Positions 17,759 through 27,615 of a DNA stretch of 64,000 bases are shown here, piece by piece. A program made the position numbers and the translations under genes. Under the pieces are notes generated by a model. It was not told the origin of the DNA, did not search any database, and saw only the letters and a program-made list of their open reading frames with translations. The stretch covers positions 13,124-77,123 of the forward strand of contig JBHIDX010000001.1 of assembly GCA_046760305.1 (NCBI GenBank). The letters are read 5' to 3'. Position 1 is the stretch's first letter. Every line of letters starts with the position of its first letter. Source of the DNA: Candidatus Aminicenantales bacterium. Its GTDB lineage: Bacteria > Acidobacteriota > Aminicenantia > Aminicenantales > Aminicenantaceae.

Positions 17759-19704
17759 TATCTGGTTTCTCCTTCCTCGCTTCCGAAACGTGAAAGCACA
17801 TCTGAGTTGACTTTGACAAAGAGGTTGTATCTTATTTTAACCCCCTTCTCCTGCCTAAGCTTGGCTAGATAAGAGTGGAGGAAGGAATTCCTCTTTCTTT
17901 CCAGAAGCTTTTCTTTCTCTTTTTTCTTCTCTTTTTCAAAGTCTTCTCTGCTCACGGTTTTCCTTTCCAGAATCCTCAGCAGGGCATATCCGTTGTCAAA
18001 CTCAACCGGGTCGCTTACTCGTTCGAGCGGCAGGGAAAAAGCCAGGTTGTCAACCTGGCTGTTCTCTCCAATGACACTCAGGTACTGGCCTCTTTTGTGT
18101 TCCTCAGCAGTTTTGTATTCCACAGCTTCATTTTTTTCTGCAACCTTTTCCATGCTTTTTATCCTCAGCTTGTTTTTGAGCTTGTTCATCATTTCCAGCG
18201 CTTTTTCTTTCTTTTTTACACCAAGCGCATCCTCTCTGATTTTGTCTTTTACCTCCTCAAATTTTGCCAGGCGAGAAGGTTCAATTTTTATCAGCTGGCT
18301 GAGCCCCACCCCTTTATAGGTGTAGAAGGGAGAGCTTATCTCTTGTTCCTCAAGAGAGAAGAGTGTCTGGCTCAGATTACCGGAGGGATCGATATCCTCT
18401 ATCGCGTCTCCGCTGGCCAGAAGGCCTGTTCGCTTTATTTTTAGCCCGTTTTTCTGTGCAGCCACATCAAGACTTTTCTCTTTCCGAGCCTCCTTTTCAA
18501 GCTTTTTTATTCTCTCTTCTCCCAGAGTGCGGGCTTTTTCTTCTCTGAGAATAGTCGTAATCTGCTCCCTGACCTGCTCAAGTGGCTTAACTCGGGGCGG
18601 ATTTTTCTCGGTCACCATGACAAAAGAGACTCCATCCTCGAGCTCGAGGAGCGGAGAAAGCTCACCCTGAGCCAAGTTCTCGATGGTTTCTTTTTCCTTT
18701 TCTGAGAGTCTTTTCCAGTCATAATAACCCCAATCCCCCTGGTCCTTCGCCTTCTCGTCTTCGGAGTAGATTTCAGCCAAAATATCCATTCCCTCTCCCT
18801 TTTTAACCTTTTTCAGCAGTTCTTCAGCTTCTGCTCTTACCTCTTCCTTTTCCTTGTCTTTGTAGGCGAGAAAAACTCTCCTCACTCTAATTTTTTCCGG
18901 TTCCTCAAACTGTCCCCTATTGCTTCTGTAGTATTTTTCGATTTCTGACTCGTCGACAGCAACCTCTTCTTTAAGGTCGTCTGTGTTGAAGAATATGTAT
19001 TCTCCTTCCCTTTTCTCAGGAATTTTATACCTGTCTTTGTTTTTTTTGAAATATTTTCTCAGTTCCTCTTCTGGAATATCTTCTTTGAGTTCTATTTTAT
19101 CGTTTTCGCAGACGAGATATTCGAGCCGGACACTTTCGTTCTCGTTTTTGAAGTTTTTCCACACCTCTTCTTCAGTGACAGCGATGTGAGCCGTGAGAAG
19201 GTCGATGACCTTTTCAATGATGATTTCTTCCCTGAGAGCTCTTTCGAATTCCTCGACAGAGGTTCTGTTCCACTCCAGGATTTTGCGGTATTCTTCAACA
19301 CCGATGAATTTTCCCTCCCTCTGGAAGACAGGAAAGGACATGATTTTTTGGCTGATTTCATCGGCTGAGGCGCTGATGCCCAGCTCCCGTGCAGCCTGGA
19401 GAAGAAGCTTTTGTTGAATCATCTGCTCCAGGATTTGCTGGGGAATGCCGAGCTGCTGGATTAATTTTCTATTCAGGTCTTTGAACTCTCTTTTCATGGA
19501 TTCCAGACGCTGCCTCAGGTTCTGGTAGTAGCTGTCGATTGAAATCTTTGCTTTTCCAACCCTGGCAATTGTGTTGGCCGGCCTCCCTTCACCCAGACTG
19601 CCTCCTCCACCCCAGACAGCAAAAATAGCTATCACAAAGGCGGCAATAACCAGCCAGAGTGTGGGGGCGAGTGATTTCAGGTTTTTTCTCATTGCTTTTA
19701 GCAT
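17758..19704 (-). CDS. ppiD: periplasmic chaperone / peptidyl-prolyl isomerase, PpiD-like (SurA-N plus parvulin domains)
   Basis: N-terminal membrane anchor (LAPTLWLVIAAFVIAIFAVWGGG), a SurA_N-like region, and a parvulin-like segment (IRVRRVFLAY...DQGDWGYYD). 648 aa. Confidence 0.8.
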   Translation of the reverse strand: MLKAMRKNLKSLAPTLWLVIAAFVIAIFAVWGGGGSLGEGRPANTIARVGKAKISIDSYYQNLRQRLESMKREFKDLNRKLIQQLGIPQQILEQMIQQKLLLQAARELGISASADEISQKIMSFPVFQREGKFIGVEEYRKILEWNRTSVEEFERALREEIIIEKVIDLLTAHIAVTEEEVWKNFKNENESVRLEYLVCENDKIELKEDIPEEELRKYFKKNKDRYKIPEKREGEYIFFNTDDLKEEVAVDESEIEKYYRSNRGQFEEPEKIRVRRVFLAYKDKEKEEVRAEAEELLKKVKKGEGMDILAEIYSEDEKAKDQGDWGYYDWKRLSEKEKETIENLAQGELSPLLELEDGVSFVMVTEKNPPRVKPLEQVREQITTILREEKARTLGEERIKKLEKEARKEKSLDVAAQKNGLKIKRTGLLASGDAIEDIDPSGNLSQTLFSLEEQEISSPFYTYKGVGLSQLIKIEPSRLAKFEEVKDKIREDALGVKKKEKALEMMNKLKNKLRIKSMEKVAEKNEAVEYKTAEEHKRGQYLSVIGENSQVDNLAFSLPLERVSDPVEFDNGYALLRILERKTVSREDFEKEKKKEKEKLLERKRNSFLHSYLAKLRQEKGVKIRYNLFVKVNSDVLSRFGSEEGETR

Positions 19705-19736
19705 TTTTTCACCTGTGAAAAAGTCTCAATTTCTAC

Positions 19737-19745
19737 ATTATAACA
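19737..19745 (-). promoter_or_regulatory. candidate extended -10 promoter element for ppiD
   Basis: The minus strand reads TGTTATAAT (TGnTATAAT) about 35 nt upstream of the ppiD ATG. No good -35 hexamer. Confidence 0.3.
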
Positions 19746-19819
19746 TTTTTAATCTCTCAAGACTTAATCTCTTTTCAGGCTGGAAGATGGACCTGGACAT
19801 GGGAAAAATTTACTTGATT

Positions 19820-20962
19820 TTATTCATCTTTCAGAAGATTCCTGGCAATCACCAGACGCTGAATCTCTGAGGTTCCCTCGTAGAGAGGAAGGACTCTGGC
19901 ATCTCGGTAGAGCTGTTCGACGAAAAATTCCTTTGAGTATCCGTAACCCCCGTGTATCTGGAGAGCAAGGTAGGCAATCCTGTTGGCTGCCTCAGAGGCA
20001 TAAAGCTTGGCCATAGATGCTTCTTTGGTGAAGCTCTTTCCTCTGTCGCATAGCTCTGCTGCTCTGTAGGTGAGAAGACGGGCAGCTTCCAGGAGGGTGG
20101 CCATGTCGGCAATCATAAACTGAATGCTCTGAAACTCTGAGATTTTCTTACCGAATGCTTCTCTCTGTTTGGCATAAGTTACGGCTTCTTCGAGAGCTCG
20201 TTGGCAGATGCCGACTGATTGAGCAGCGATGCCCACTCGTGAATAGTCGAGTGAGCGGAAAGCGATGCGAGCTCCCATTCCTTCTTCACCCAGGAGGTTC
20301 TCCTCCGGCACCCGGCAATTTTCAAGTAGTATTTCTGCTGTCGGGGAAGAGTGGAGCCCCATTTTCTCCTCGATTTTAGTCACGCTGAAACCAGGGAAAT
20401 CTTTCTCGACGATGAATGCATTCAATTTCTTCTTCCCTGCCTCTCCCTTTCGGGTCATAATGATGACTGCATCTGCATCAGCGCCGGTAGTTATCCACGA
20501 TTTGGCACCGTTGAGGAAAAAAGTTTTCCCTTTCTTCTCAGACCTGCTTTTCAGGTTGGTTGCATCCGAACCAGCCTGGGGTTCGGTCAGAGCAAAGGCT
20601 CCGATGATGTTGCCTCTGGCTGCTGGAGGAAGGTATTTTTCCTTCTGTTTCTGGGTGCCGAAGGCGAAAATGGAATAGCAGAAAAGCGAGCAGTGAACAC
20701 TGACTATGACCGCCACCGAAGGAAGAACTTTTGCCAGTTCTTCAAGAGCAAGGACAAAGGAAAGATAATCTGTTTTCATCCCGCCGAAATGAGGAGGAGT
20801 AGTCATGCCCAGGATCCCCAGTTTTCCCAGTTTGTTCAGGATTTTCTGGGGAAATTCACCTCTTTCCTCCAGTCGGTTCACCTCAGGCTTTATTTCTTTC
20901 TGGGCAAACTCCCTCACCATTTCCCTCAGGAGTCTTTGTTCTTCAGAGAAGTCAAAATTCAT
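19820..20962 (-). CDS. acyl-CoA dehydrogenase (short/medium-chain type)
   Basis: FALTEPQAGSD, GGYGYSKEF, YEGTSEIQRLVIAR. 380 aa. Confidence 0.93.
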   Translation of the reverse strand: MNFDFSEEQRLLREMVREFAQKEIKPEVNRLEERGEFPQKILNKLGKLGILGMTTPPHFGGMKTDYLSFVLALEELAKVLPSVAVIVSVHCSLFCYSIFAFGTQKQKEKYLPPAARGNIIGAFALTEPQAGSDATNLKSRSEKKGKTFFLNGAKSWITTGADADAVIIMTRKGEAGKKKLNAFIVEKDFPGFSVTKIEEKMGLHSSPTAEILLENCRVPEENLLGEEGMGARIAFRSLDYSRVGIAAQSVGICQRALEEAVTYAKQREAFGKKISEFQSIQFMIADMATLLEAARLLTYRAAELCDRGKSFTKEASMAKLYASEAANRIAYLALQIHGGYGYSKEFFVEQLYRDARVLPLYEGTSEIQRLVIARNLLKDE

Positions 20963-20965
20963 TGC

Positions 20966-21469
20966 CTAAAACCCGAGTTTTCTCTTTTCCTTCTGGAAGA
21001 GTGGAAAGAGCTTGTCGTAGGTTTTGTCAAGGTCTTCGATGGTCAATTTCGTCTTTCCCACAAGCGGCATGAAGTTGGAATCCCCCACCCACCTGCAGAT
21101 TACATGAAGATGGTAATGGTCAGCCACTCCTGCTCCAGCACTGTGGCCGAGGTTCATCCCTGTGTTGAAACCATGAGGATGGTAGCATTTCTTCAATATC
21201 TTAAGGCTCAGCTTGCAGAGATCCATCATCTCATCGGTATGGGCTTTTTTCTCCTCTTCAAAAAGAGAAATATGCTTGTAGGGCACAATCATCAGGTGTC
21301 CGGGAGTGTAGGGGTATCTGTTGAGGAGGATGAAATTGTGAGTCCCACGGAGGAGAATGAGTGCTTCTTTATCGTTTTTTTGCTTGAGAGCTTTACAGAA
21401 GATACATGCTTTCATCTTGTAAAGCTTCTTTATGTATTCTTCCCTCCATGGAGTATAGATGTATTCCAT
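20966..21469 (-). CDS. HIT-family nucleotide hydrolase/phosphorylase (Ap4A phosphorylase-like)
   Basis: Histidine triad HYHLHVICRW, an N-terminal CIFC knuckle, and NRYPYTPGHLMIVP. Confidence 0.85.
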   Translation of the reverse strand: MEYIYTPWREEYIKKLYKMKACIFCKALKQKNDKEALILLRGTHNFILLNRYPYTPGHLMIVPYKHISLFEEEKKAHTDEMMDLCKLSLKILKKCYHPHGFNTGMNLGHSAGAGVADHYHLHVICRWVGDSNFMPLVGKTKLTIEDLDKTYDKLFPLFQKEKRKLGF

Positions 21470-21744
21470 TACCTGTTTATCATTTCCTTGAGGAGCTTGC
21501 TCGGTTTGAAATAGAGCACTTTTTTTGGAGGAACCTCAACTTTTTCTCCTGTCCGAGGGTTCCTTCCTGAGCGAGCACTTCGGCGGCGGAAGCGGAAACT
21601 CCCGAAGCCTCGCAGTTCTATTTCTTCTCCCCTCAAAAGGGCTTCTTTCATTGCCTGGAAAAAGAGGTTCACGCCAGTCTCTGCTTCCTGGCGGGAGATT
21701 TTCATTTCCTTTGAAATTTTGTTGACAAGGTCAGCTTTTATCAT
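21469..21744 (-). CDS. ihfB: integration host factor beta subunit / HU-family DNA-binding protein
   Basis: MIKADLVNKIS...IELRGFGSFRFRRRSARSGRNPRTGEKVEVPPKKVLYFKPSK. Conserved rpsA-ihfB synteny. The internal ATG at 21744 is preferred over the ORF-track start at 21780. Confidence 0.85.
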   Translation of the reverse strand: MIKADLVNKISKEMKISRQEAETGVNLFFQAMKEALLRGEEIELRGFGSFRFRRRSARSGRNPRTGEKVEVPPKKVLYFKPSKLLKEMINR

Positions 21745-23488
21745 TTTTTTCCTCCTTTTCGTTCTTTTTTTCACTAGCATTGCTGATTTTGTTCAGCTGC
21801 TCTTTCATGATATCACCCAGAGTCATTCTGTCATCCTGACTACGGAGGTATTTCTGGTATTCGATTTTTTGTAACTCATTCTGAGCTTGTTTGAAGCTGA
21901 GTGATATCTTCTTTTGCCCGGGATTCATCTTCATAATCTTTGCTATTCTTTCTTCCCCGGTGGAAAAAGATTCACGAGGATCTTCCACCCTGTGTTCATC
22001 GAGCTCGGAGAGAAAGACAACTCCTTCGATGCCAGGAGTTATTTCAACGAAGACCCCGAAATCTGTGATGCGGATAATTTTCACCTTGACCAGGTCTCCT
22101 ATTTTCTGTCGCTTGAAGAAATCTTCCCATATGTCACCCTCCAGTTGTTTGATACCTAAAGAAAGCTTTTGCTTTTCGACATCTATGTTGAGAATAATAG
22201 CTTCTGTTTCTTCCCCCACTTTGAGTTTTTCTGAAGGGTGTTTTACCTTTTCCCAGCTTATGTCAGAGATGTGGATAAGGCCTTCAATGTTCTTTTCTAC
22301 TTCCATGAAGGCACCAAAATCAGTAATTTTTGTTATCTTCCCTTTCACCCGAGCGCCGGGGCTGAATTTCTTCTTGAGAAGCTCGAGAGGGTGTGGAGTT
22401 ACCTGTTTTAGCCCGAGTGAAATTCTTTTTGCCTGGGAGTTCATATCTAGGATGGTGACCGTTACTTCTTCACCTGGAGTGAGCACTTTTTTAGGATGAA
22501 CAAGTTTACGTGACCAGGTCAAATCCGAAATGTGAACAAGCCCTTCTACTCCTTTTTCAAGCTCGATGAAAGCACCAAAGTCAGTCAGGTTTGTTACCCT
22601 GCCTTTCACTTTTTGCCCGACTGCATAATTTTCCTCGAGGTTTTCCCATGGATCGGGTAAGAGTTGTTTATAACCCAGGGATATTCTATCCTGTTTCTCG
22701 TCGAAATCAAGAACAACAACTTCCACTTCCTGCCCCTCCTCAAATACCTCTGAAGGATGGTTGATCTTTCCCCAGGACATATCAGACACGTGGAGAAGTC
22801 CTTCGATACCTCCAAGGTCAATAAAAGCACCGAAATTGGTTAATGTTTTTACCACTCCCTTTATTCTTCCACCTTTTACCAGTCTGCTGTAGACCCTCCT
22901 TCTTCTTTTTTCCCTTTCATCCTGGAGGAATAACTTGCGGGAGAGAACAGCATTCTCGCTCTTCCTGTCAAATTTGATGACTTTAAACTTACATTCCTGT
23001 CCGATAAGCTTCTCTGGCTCTCTGACTGCTCTCACGTCAGCATGAGAGTCAGGCATGAAGGTTTTTAGCCCCACGTTTACTGTATAGCCATTTTTTGTTT
23101 TTTCGACAATTCTGCCCCTAACCCACCCCTTGTGGTGGAAGGCTCTTTCCAGGTTATCGAGAGCTTTGAGCACGTCTGCTCTTTTTTTGGAAAGGACAAG
23201 GTAACCTTCTTTCCTGTCCATACGTTGCATGACAGCTTCCACTGTCTCGCCTGGATGAACTTCTTTCTTCTCGTGGTCATCCAGAAAATCTTCGATGGGT
23301 ATAATACCCTCAGATTTAAAGCCGATGTCAACAAGCACATGGCTAGAGGTTATTTTAACCACTTTACCTCTGACAATTTTCCCGGGGGAAATTTCTTGAG
23401 CTTTGAACTGGTACTGGTCGAGCAGGTTTTTGTAATCTTCTGAAGAGATTTTTTCCTCTTTTTTCTCGTTTTTGGCTATCTCTGACAT
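21731..23488 (-). CDS. rpsA: 30S ribosomal protein S1
   Basis: Six tandem S1 OB-fold repeats (for example GRVTNLTDFGAFIELEKGVEGLVHISD). 585 aa. Confidence 0.96.
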   Translation of the reverse strand: MSEIAKNEKKEEKISSEDYKNLLDQYQFKAQEISPGKIVRGKVVKITSSHVLVDIGFKSEGIIPIEDFLDDHEKKEVHPGETVEAVMQRMDRKEGYLVLSKKRADVLKALDNLERAFHHKGWVRGRIVEKTKNGYTVNVGLKTFMPDSHADVRAVREPEKLIGQECKFKVIKFDRKSENAVLSRKLFLQDEREKRRRRVYSRLVKGGRIKGVVKTLTNFGAFIDLGGIEGLLHVSDMSWGKINHPSEVFEEGQEVEVVVLDFDEKQDRISLGYKQLLPDPWENLEENYAVGQKVKGRVTNLTDFGAFIELEKGVEGLVHISDLTWSRKLVHPKKVLTPGEEVTVTILDMNSQAKRISLGLKQVTPHPLELLKKKFSPGARVKGKITKITDFGAFMEVEKNIEGLIHISDISWEKVKHPSEKLKVGEETEAIILNIDVEKQKLSLGIKQLEGDIWEDFFKRQKIGDLVKVKIIRITDFGVFVEITPGIEGVVFLSELDEHRVEDPRESFSTGEERIAKIMKMNPGQKKISLSFKQAQNELQKIEYQKYLRSQDDRMTLGDIMKEQLNKISNASEKKNEKEEKNDKS

Positions 23489-24354
23489 TGGACGCGGCTC
23501 TCCCTTTTCGTTTGATGTGAGAAGATATCTTTGATTTTACTGATAACTTCTTCTATCGCTTCGGGAGGGGTTGAGGCTCCTCCTGAAATTCCAATTTTTC
23601 TTGCCCCCTTGAGCATCTCATCCGAGATTTCTCCAGCACTCTCAACAAAGAAAGTTTTGGCCAGAATTCTTCTCGAAATCTGGTAGAGTTTGTTAGTGTT
23701 AGAGCTGTTCTTACCACCCACGATGAAGAGTGTGTCTACTTTAGAGGCGAGTTCTGAAGTCGATTTCTGCCTGGTTTGGGTGAAAAGACAGATTGTGTTA
23801 TAAACCTGAAGTTGTTCGGTATTGTCAACCAGAGCTGCGACGACTTTCTTGAAGAGAAAGGAATCCTGGGTGGATTGAGCGAGCACAGCTCTTCTTCTTC
23901 GCCGGGGGAGCTTCATCGCCTCTGTTTCGTTCTCGATGATGATGCCCTTTTTCCTGCTGTAGCCGATGAGTGCTCTGATTTCAGGATGTTTTCTGTTTCC
24001 GACGAGAATGATTTCCTGCTCTCCTCTGGCAAGGCGTTCGACAAGTTTCTGGATTTTTTTCACGATGGGACAGGTTGCATCCACAATTTCGATGTTTCTC
24101 TTTTCCAGAAACGTGTAGGCTTCAGGAGAAATACCGTGACTGCGGATGATTATCGTTCCTTTCTCTACGCTCTTCAGGTCTTCAACAGGTTGAACACCCT
24201 TATTTTTTAAATCCTGAACCACCTGGGGGTTGTGAATGAGGTCTCCCAGTGTGTATACTTTCTCTTTTTTCTTCTCAAGGGTTTTTCTGGCAAGGTTCAG
24301 CGCCCTCTTCACACCATAACACAATCCACAATTCTCAGCGATAATAATTTCCAT
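23476..24354 (-). CDS. ispH: 4-hydroxy-3-methylbut-2-enyl diphosphate reductase
   Basis: N-terminal GLCYGVKRAL (first cluster Cys), ATCPIVKK and GGKNSSNTNKL. Overlaps the rpsA start by 13 nt. Confidence 0.95.
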   Translation of the reverse strand: MEIIIAENCGLCYGVKRALNLARKTLEKKKEKVYTLGDLIHNPQVVQDLKNKGVQPVEDLKSVEKGTIIIRSHGISPEAYTFLEKRNIEIVDATCPIVKKIQKLVERLARGEQEIILVGNRKHPEIRALIGYSRKKGIIIENETEAMKLPRRRRRAVLAQSTQDSFLFKKVVAALVDNTEQLQVYNTICLFTQTRQKSTSELASKVDTLFIVGGKNSSNTNKLYQISRRILAKTFFVESAGEISDEMLKGARKIGISGGASTPPEAIEEVISKIKDIFSHQTKRESRVQCQR

Positions 24355-24387
24355 TCTCTGAAATAATCGAGAAGAAATGAGTTAGTT

Positions 24388-24417
24388 ATACTAACTTAGC
24401 TAAAGGCCTTTTGTCAA
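24388..24417 (-). promoter_or_regulatory. candidate sigma70-type promoter for ispH-rpsA-ihfB
   Basis: The minus strand reads TTGACA (24417-24412), 18 nt spacer, TAGTAT (24393-24388). A GTTAG/CTAAC palindrome overlaps the -10. Confidence 0.4.
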
Positions 24418-24455
24418 TCCTAAATACAGGTAAAATCTTAACTTACCCTCCAGGC

Positions 24456-25595
24456 TTAGCGATTTTTAGGCGGCCTGAGGTATGAACCAAGGCCATCTTT
24501 CAGCACCTCCCTGAAAGAGGGAACGTTTTTTATTTTTATTGAACTCTCAGGCTCAAGCTCATTGAAGCTAGAAAGAATGGCACCCAGAGCTGCCAGATGA
24601 CGGGCAACTCTGAGTTTGAGAGGAATTCCTTCTTCACTGAAAGGAACAAACAGCAGGCCAAGATTTGAGGCTCTAAGATAGTATTTGTCCTTTCCTTCCA
24701 CGACCAGGTTTGCTGATGGCCTTCCCTTGAGGCGACCATGGGAGACATTCGCTGTTTCCAGAAGAATGGTTTTTATCCCGGCCCCATCTCCCCATTCTCT
24801 GTGACTCAGACCACGCAGGTTTGGAGGTGAAGACTCAAGTCTGAATTCGAATCCTTCAAACTGGAGCTTGAGGTAAGCAAGGGCAGCAAGCTCAGCGCTG
24901 TTCTCGTGGAAGACAAGGGCATTAATCACAGGGTATTCAGGAGCTGCCTCGTGCAAATCAATCCCCAGAGCCACCTTTTCTTTTTTTATCAGCTCCATGA
25001 TGGCCAAGGCGATTCTTTCGGTCAGGAATCCTTTTTTTTTCCCCGGATAACAGCGGTTCAGGTTTCGGACTTCAACCCCTGAGAGCTTCTGTCCTGCGGG
25101 ATTGATGTATACAGCAGGATCAGGCCACTGGTGGACGGGATTTGTGAGACGGGAGCCAAAGCGAAACCACCTTTTCCCTCCGGCTGTCTCGATCGAGTAA
25201 CGCTGTGGGTTTGCCTCCTGGGGGTCACTGTGAGTAAAAGCACTGTTATTCGCTCGGGGAATGATTATTATTTTTCCCTTCTCGACTTTAATGTTTTCGA
25301 TGAGAATAACGGCTGTCAGAAAACCTGCAGGCTCATTGGCATGAGTGCCACCGGTGATGAGAAGCGTGCCTCCTTGTTCCTTGCCCTCGTAAATGTAGAC
25401 CTCACTCTCTCCACCTGTTTTTCTTAGAGAGGGAAGGTAGGAGCTCAGTTTTTTTACCGAACTCAGCCCCGAGCTGGGGAAAATGTCTTCTTTCCTCTGC
25501 ATGCTGAGGAATGAAAAAGAGGAAACAGTGCAGATGAATATTATCCCAGCGGTAATGGCTGCTGCGGTGAGAGTATTTCCCTTTATTTTTTTCAT
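24456..25595 (-). CDS. succinylglutamate desuccinylase/aspartoacylase-family (M14-like) zinc deacylase, membrane-anchored or secreted
   Basis: N-terminal hydrophobic anchor, GGTHANEPAG (HxxE zinc motif), and DLHEAAPEYP (second His region). Confidence 0.75.
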   Translation of the reverse strand: MKKIKGNTLTAAAITAGIIFICTVSSFSFLSMQRKEDIFPSSGLSSVKKLSSYLPSLRKTGGESEVYIYEGKEQGGTLLITGGTHANEPAGFLTAVILIENIKVEKGKIIIIPRANNSAFTHSDPQEANPQRYSIETAGGKRWFRFGSRLTNPVHQWPDPAVYINPAGQKLSGVEVRNLNRCYPGKKKGFLTERIALAIMELIKKEKVALGIDLHEAAPEYPVINALVFHENSAELAALAYLKLQFEGFEFRLESSPPNLRGLSHREWGDGAGIKTILLETANVSHGRLKGRPSANLVVEGKDKYYLRASNLGLLFVPFSEEGIPLKLRVARHLAALGAILSSFNELEPESSIKIKNVPSFREVLKDGLGSYLRPPKNR

Positions 25596-25739
25596 TTACT
25601 TAATCAGAAAAAGGCGGAGGAGGAAGATGATGAGAACAAGGGCAGCGCTCAGTTGATTCCAAAATTTTTTCTCCTCAAAAAGATAAAATACTATGTGTCC
25701 CGAGGCGTAAAGAACGATGAGTAAATAAAGAATCTTCAT
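25596..25739 (-). CDS. possible 47-aa two-helix membrane peptide
   Basis: Below the ORF-track size cut-off. My translation is MKILYLLIVLYASGHIVFYLFEEKKFWNQLSAALVLIIFLLRLFLIK. It exactly fills the gap between the DctM-like gene and the deacylase: its stop abuts the next start codon. No homology evidence. Confidence 0.35.
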   Translation of the reverse strand: MKILYLLIVLYASGHIVFYLFEEKKFWNQLSAALVLIIFLLRLFLIK

Positions 25740-25754
25740 TCTTTTTTCCTGAGT

Positions 25755-27023
25755 TTACATAAATTTATCCAGCAAAGGAGCGAGGAGAAGAACTCCTACT
25801 CCCATCGTAACTTCGAAAAGAGCGGGAATAAGACAGTAGCGAAGAACCCTGAAGTAGTTGGGTTCGTTTACCACCTGGGCAGCAAAGATGCCGGCGAGAG
25901 CAGTGGGCGGCATCAGGTCACCCAGGCCGGCTATGGCTGAAAGTGCGGCAGAGGTGATAATCGCATTCCTGTTGATGAGAGCGAGGATAAAGGGAACGCC
26001 CAGGATGGAGGCAGAGCCGAAGGCAGAGACCGCCCCGAAAAGAGGCATACTGGTAGCTATGCCCAGATAGAGTAACCACGCTGGCAGAGAGAGAAAGGAA
26101 ATAACAGTCCATCCTCTTCCTCCGGTGAGAGTCATTATCTGGATAAACATTCCAACCCCGACCAGGATGCTGAGAATGGGCATGGCTTCCTTTACCGCTT
26201 GCTGGGTGACCTTGAGAAAATTGAAACTTTTTCCACACAAGAGTCCAGCGAAACTTCCCAGGAGAAAAATGGCTGGCAAGCCAGGATCGAGCATAGCTTT
26301 TGCCAGCAGACCCTGGCCGAGCATGAGGGCAAAGACTACGACGAGAGGCAGGTAAAGGAGGAATCTGTATCTGATGGTTGGAGAGGGAGGGAGAATTTCT
26401 ATCATCCTCTCCCGCTCGAGAATATTGATGTCCCTGTAACCTATCCAGACCGAGATCAAGACAGCCAGGGGAATAACGATAAAGAGAAGAGGAATGGTTA
26501 GTCCCATGTAAGGCATGTCAACCCCACCTCCCATGATCATGACCAGGATGTTTACCGGGGGTGCAATCATGCCCAGAATTCCTCCCATGGCAATGAGGGC
26601 GGCTGTCTTTTGCTTTGAAAGGCCGAGTTTGATGAGCACAGGTGCCACCAGGGCCCCGGAGCTGAGCACCGCAGCTGTGGAGGAGCCGGTAATCATTCCC
26701 GGGAACATAGTAATAAGCATCACAGTCAGGAGGAGCGAGATTTTTCTCTTGTAGAAGAGGCGGAGAAGGTGGGAGGTGATAGCATCAAGAAGACCCGATG
26801 CTTCAAGGACTTTCATGAAAATCATGGCGGTGAGGATAAGAAGAATGGTGTCGAAGTAAACAAAGCTTCCTTCGACCAGGTGCCGGAGGGCAATTCCTTT
26901 TCCACCGACAAGGGCACCGCTCAGGGCCGAGATGGCAAGCGAGACACCTATGGGGAGTTTGAGAAGCATGGCGGCTAAGACGAACACAGCCACCATGAGA
27001 AGAAAGATGAGGGAATCAGGCAT
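25755..27023 (-). CDS. TRAP-type (DctM-like) large permease
   Basis: 422-aa polytopic protein with DctM-like repeats (MFPGMITGSSTAAVLSSGALVAPVL, GGILGMIAPPVNILVMI, GDLMPPTALAGIFAA). Confidence 0.8.
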   Translation of the reverse strand: MPDSLIFLLMVAVFVLAAMLLKLPIGVSLAISALSGALVGGKGIALRHLVEGSFVYFDTILLILTAMIFMKVLEASGLLDAITSHLLRLFYKRKISLLLTVMLITMFPGMITGSSTAAVLSSGALVAPVLIKLGLSKQKTAALIAMGGILGMIAPPVNILVMIMGGGVDMPYMGLTIPLLFIVIPLAVLISVWIGYRDINILERERMIEILPPSPTIRYRFLLYLPLVVVFALMLGQGLLAKAMLDPGLPAIFLLGSFAGLLCGKSFNFLKVTQQAVKEAMPILSILVGVGMFIQIMTLTGGRGWTVISFLSLPAWLLYLGIATSMPLFGAVSAFGSASILGVPFILALINRNAIITSAALSAIAGLGDLMPPTALAGIFAAQVVNEPNYFRVLRYCLIPALFEVTMGVGVLLLAPLLDKFM

Positions 27024-27026
27024 ATC

Positions 27027-27593
27027 TTAATCTTTAAGCTTAAAAGCACGCTTTAGAGGCTCGGCAGCTTGGATAGTTCTTTCGACCTCAACAAGAGGAA
27101 TCCTATGTTGGCTGCATATTGTGGTGAAAAGACCGTCTTTGTTACCTGACTTTACGACGAGTGCCATCCTGGCCGCGGGTAGGAAAGCTTTTATCAGTTC
27201 ATCAGAGAGCGCACCCCTTCTTTGCTCTCCGCCCAGGTGGAGGCAGAGGAGGGGAATCCCTCTTGTTTTTGCTCCTTTGAGCAGGCTCTCCACTCTTTCT
27301 TTTTCTTTGTTCATATCCAGACCTGCTGCGCCCAGGCCTTTTAGGCTTGCTCCGATGACGAGAACGAGTGTCTTCATTCCTTCAAGCTCTTTTTCTGTTG
27401 CTGTCTTAGAAAGAGTGTAGGAGAGTCCTGCTTTTTTAGCCAGGACCATAGCCAGCTGAACCTCAGCACTCTGGCCTGCAGAGGTGATGAGGAGTGGTTG
27501 CTCGAAGAGTTCTTCATACGAGGCTTGAGCCGGGAATGTAGGTGATGAAGCCATAAAAGAGAAAATAGTGAATAAAATAAAAATTTTTCTCAT
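27027..27593 (-). CDS. secreted alpha/beta protein of unknown function, co-operonic with the DctM-like permease
   Basis: Signal peptide MRKIFILFTIFSFMASSPTFPAQA. Alternating beta-alpha pattern (LLITSAGQSAEVQLA, TLVLVIGASLKGLGAAG, IPLLCLHLGG). The ATG at 27593 has AGGAG 8 nt upstream. The TTG at 27617 in the ORF track lies inside the hairpin repeat. Confidence 0.6.
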   Translation of the reverse strand: MRKIFILFTIFSFMASSPTFPAQASYEELFEQPLLITSAGQSAEVQLAMVLAKKAGLSYTLSKTATEKELEGMKTLVLVIGASLKGLGAAGLDMNKEKERVESLLKGAKTRGIPLLCLHLGGEQRRGALSDELIKAFLPAARMALVVKSGNKDGLFTTICSQHRIPLVEVERTIQAAEPLKRAFKLKD

Positions 27594-27615
27594 CTCATAT
27601 CTCCTGAGATTCTTC

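Noticed and set aside
20351-21514. 387-aa ORF on the plus strand
   Set aside because: It is antisense to two well-supported minus-strand genes, acyl-CoA dehydrogenase and the HIT protein, and crosses their boundary. Its translation is low-complexity (F/L/S/K-rich) with no motif. The long open frame is what GAA/AAG-rich codon usage on the opposite strand would produce.
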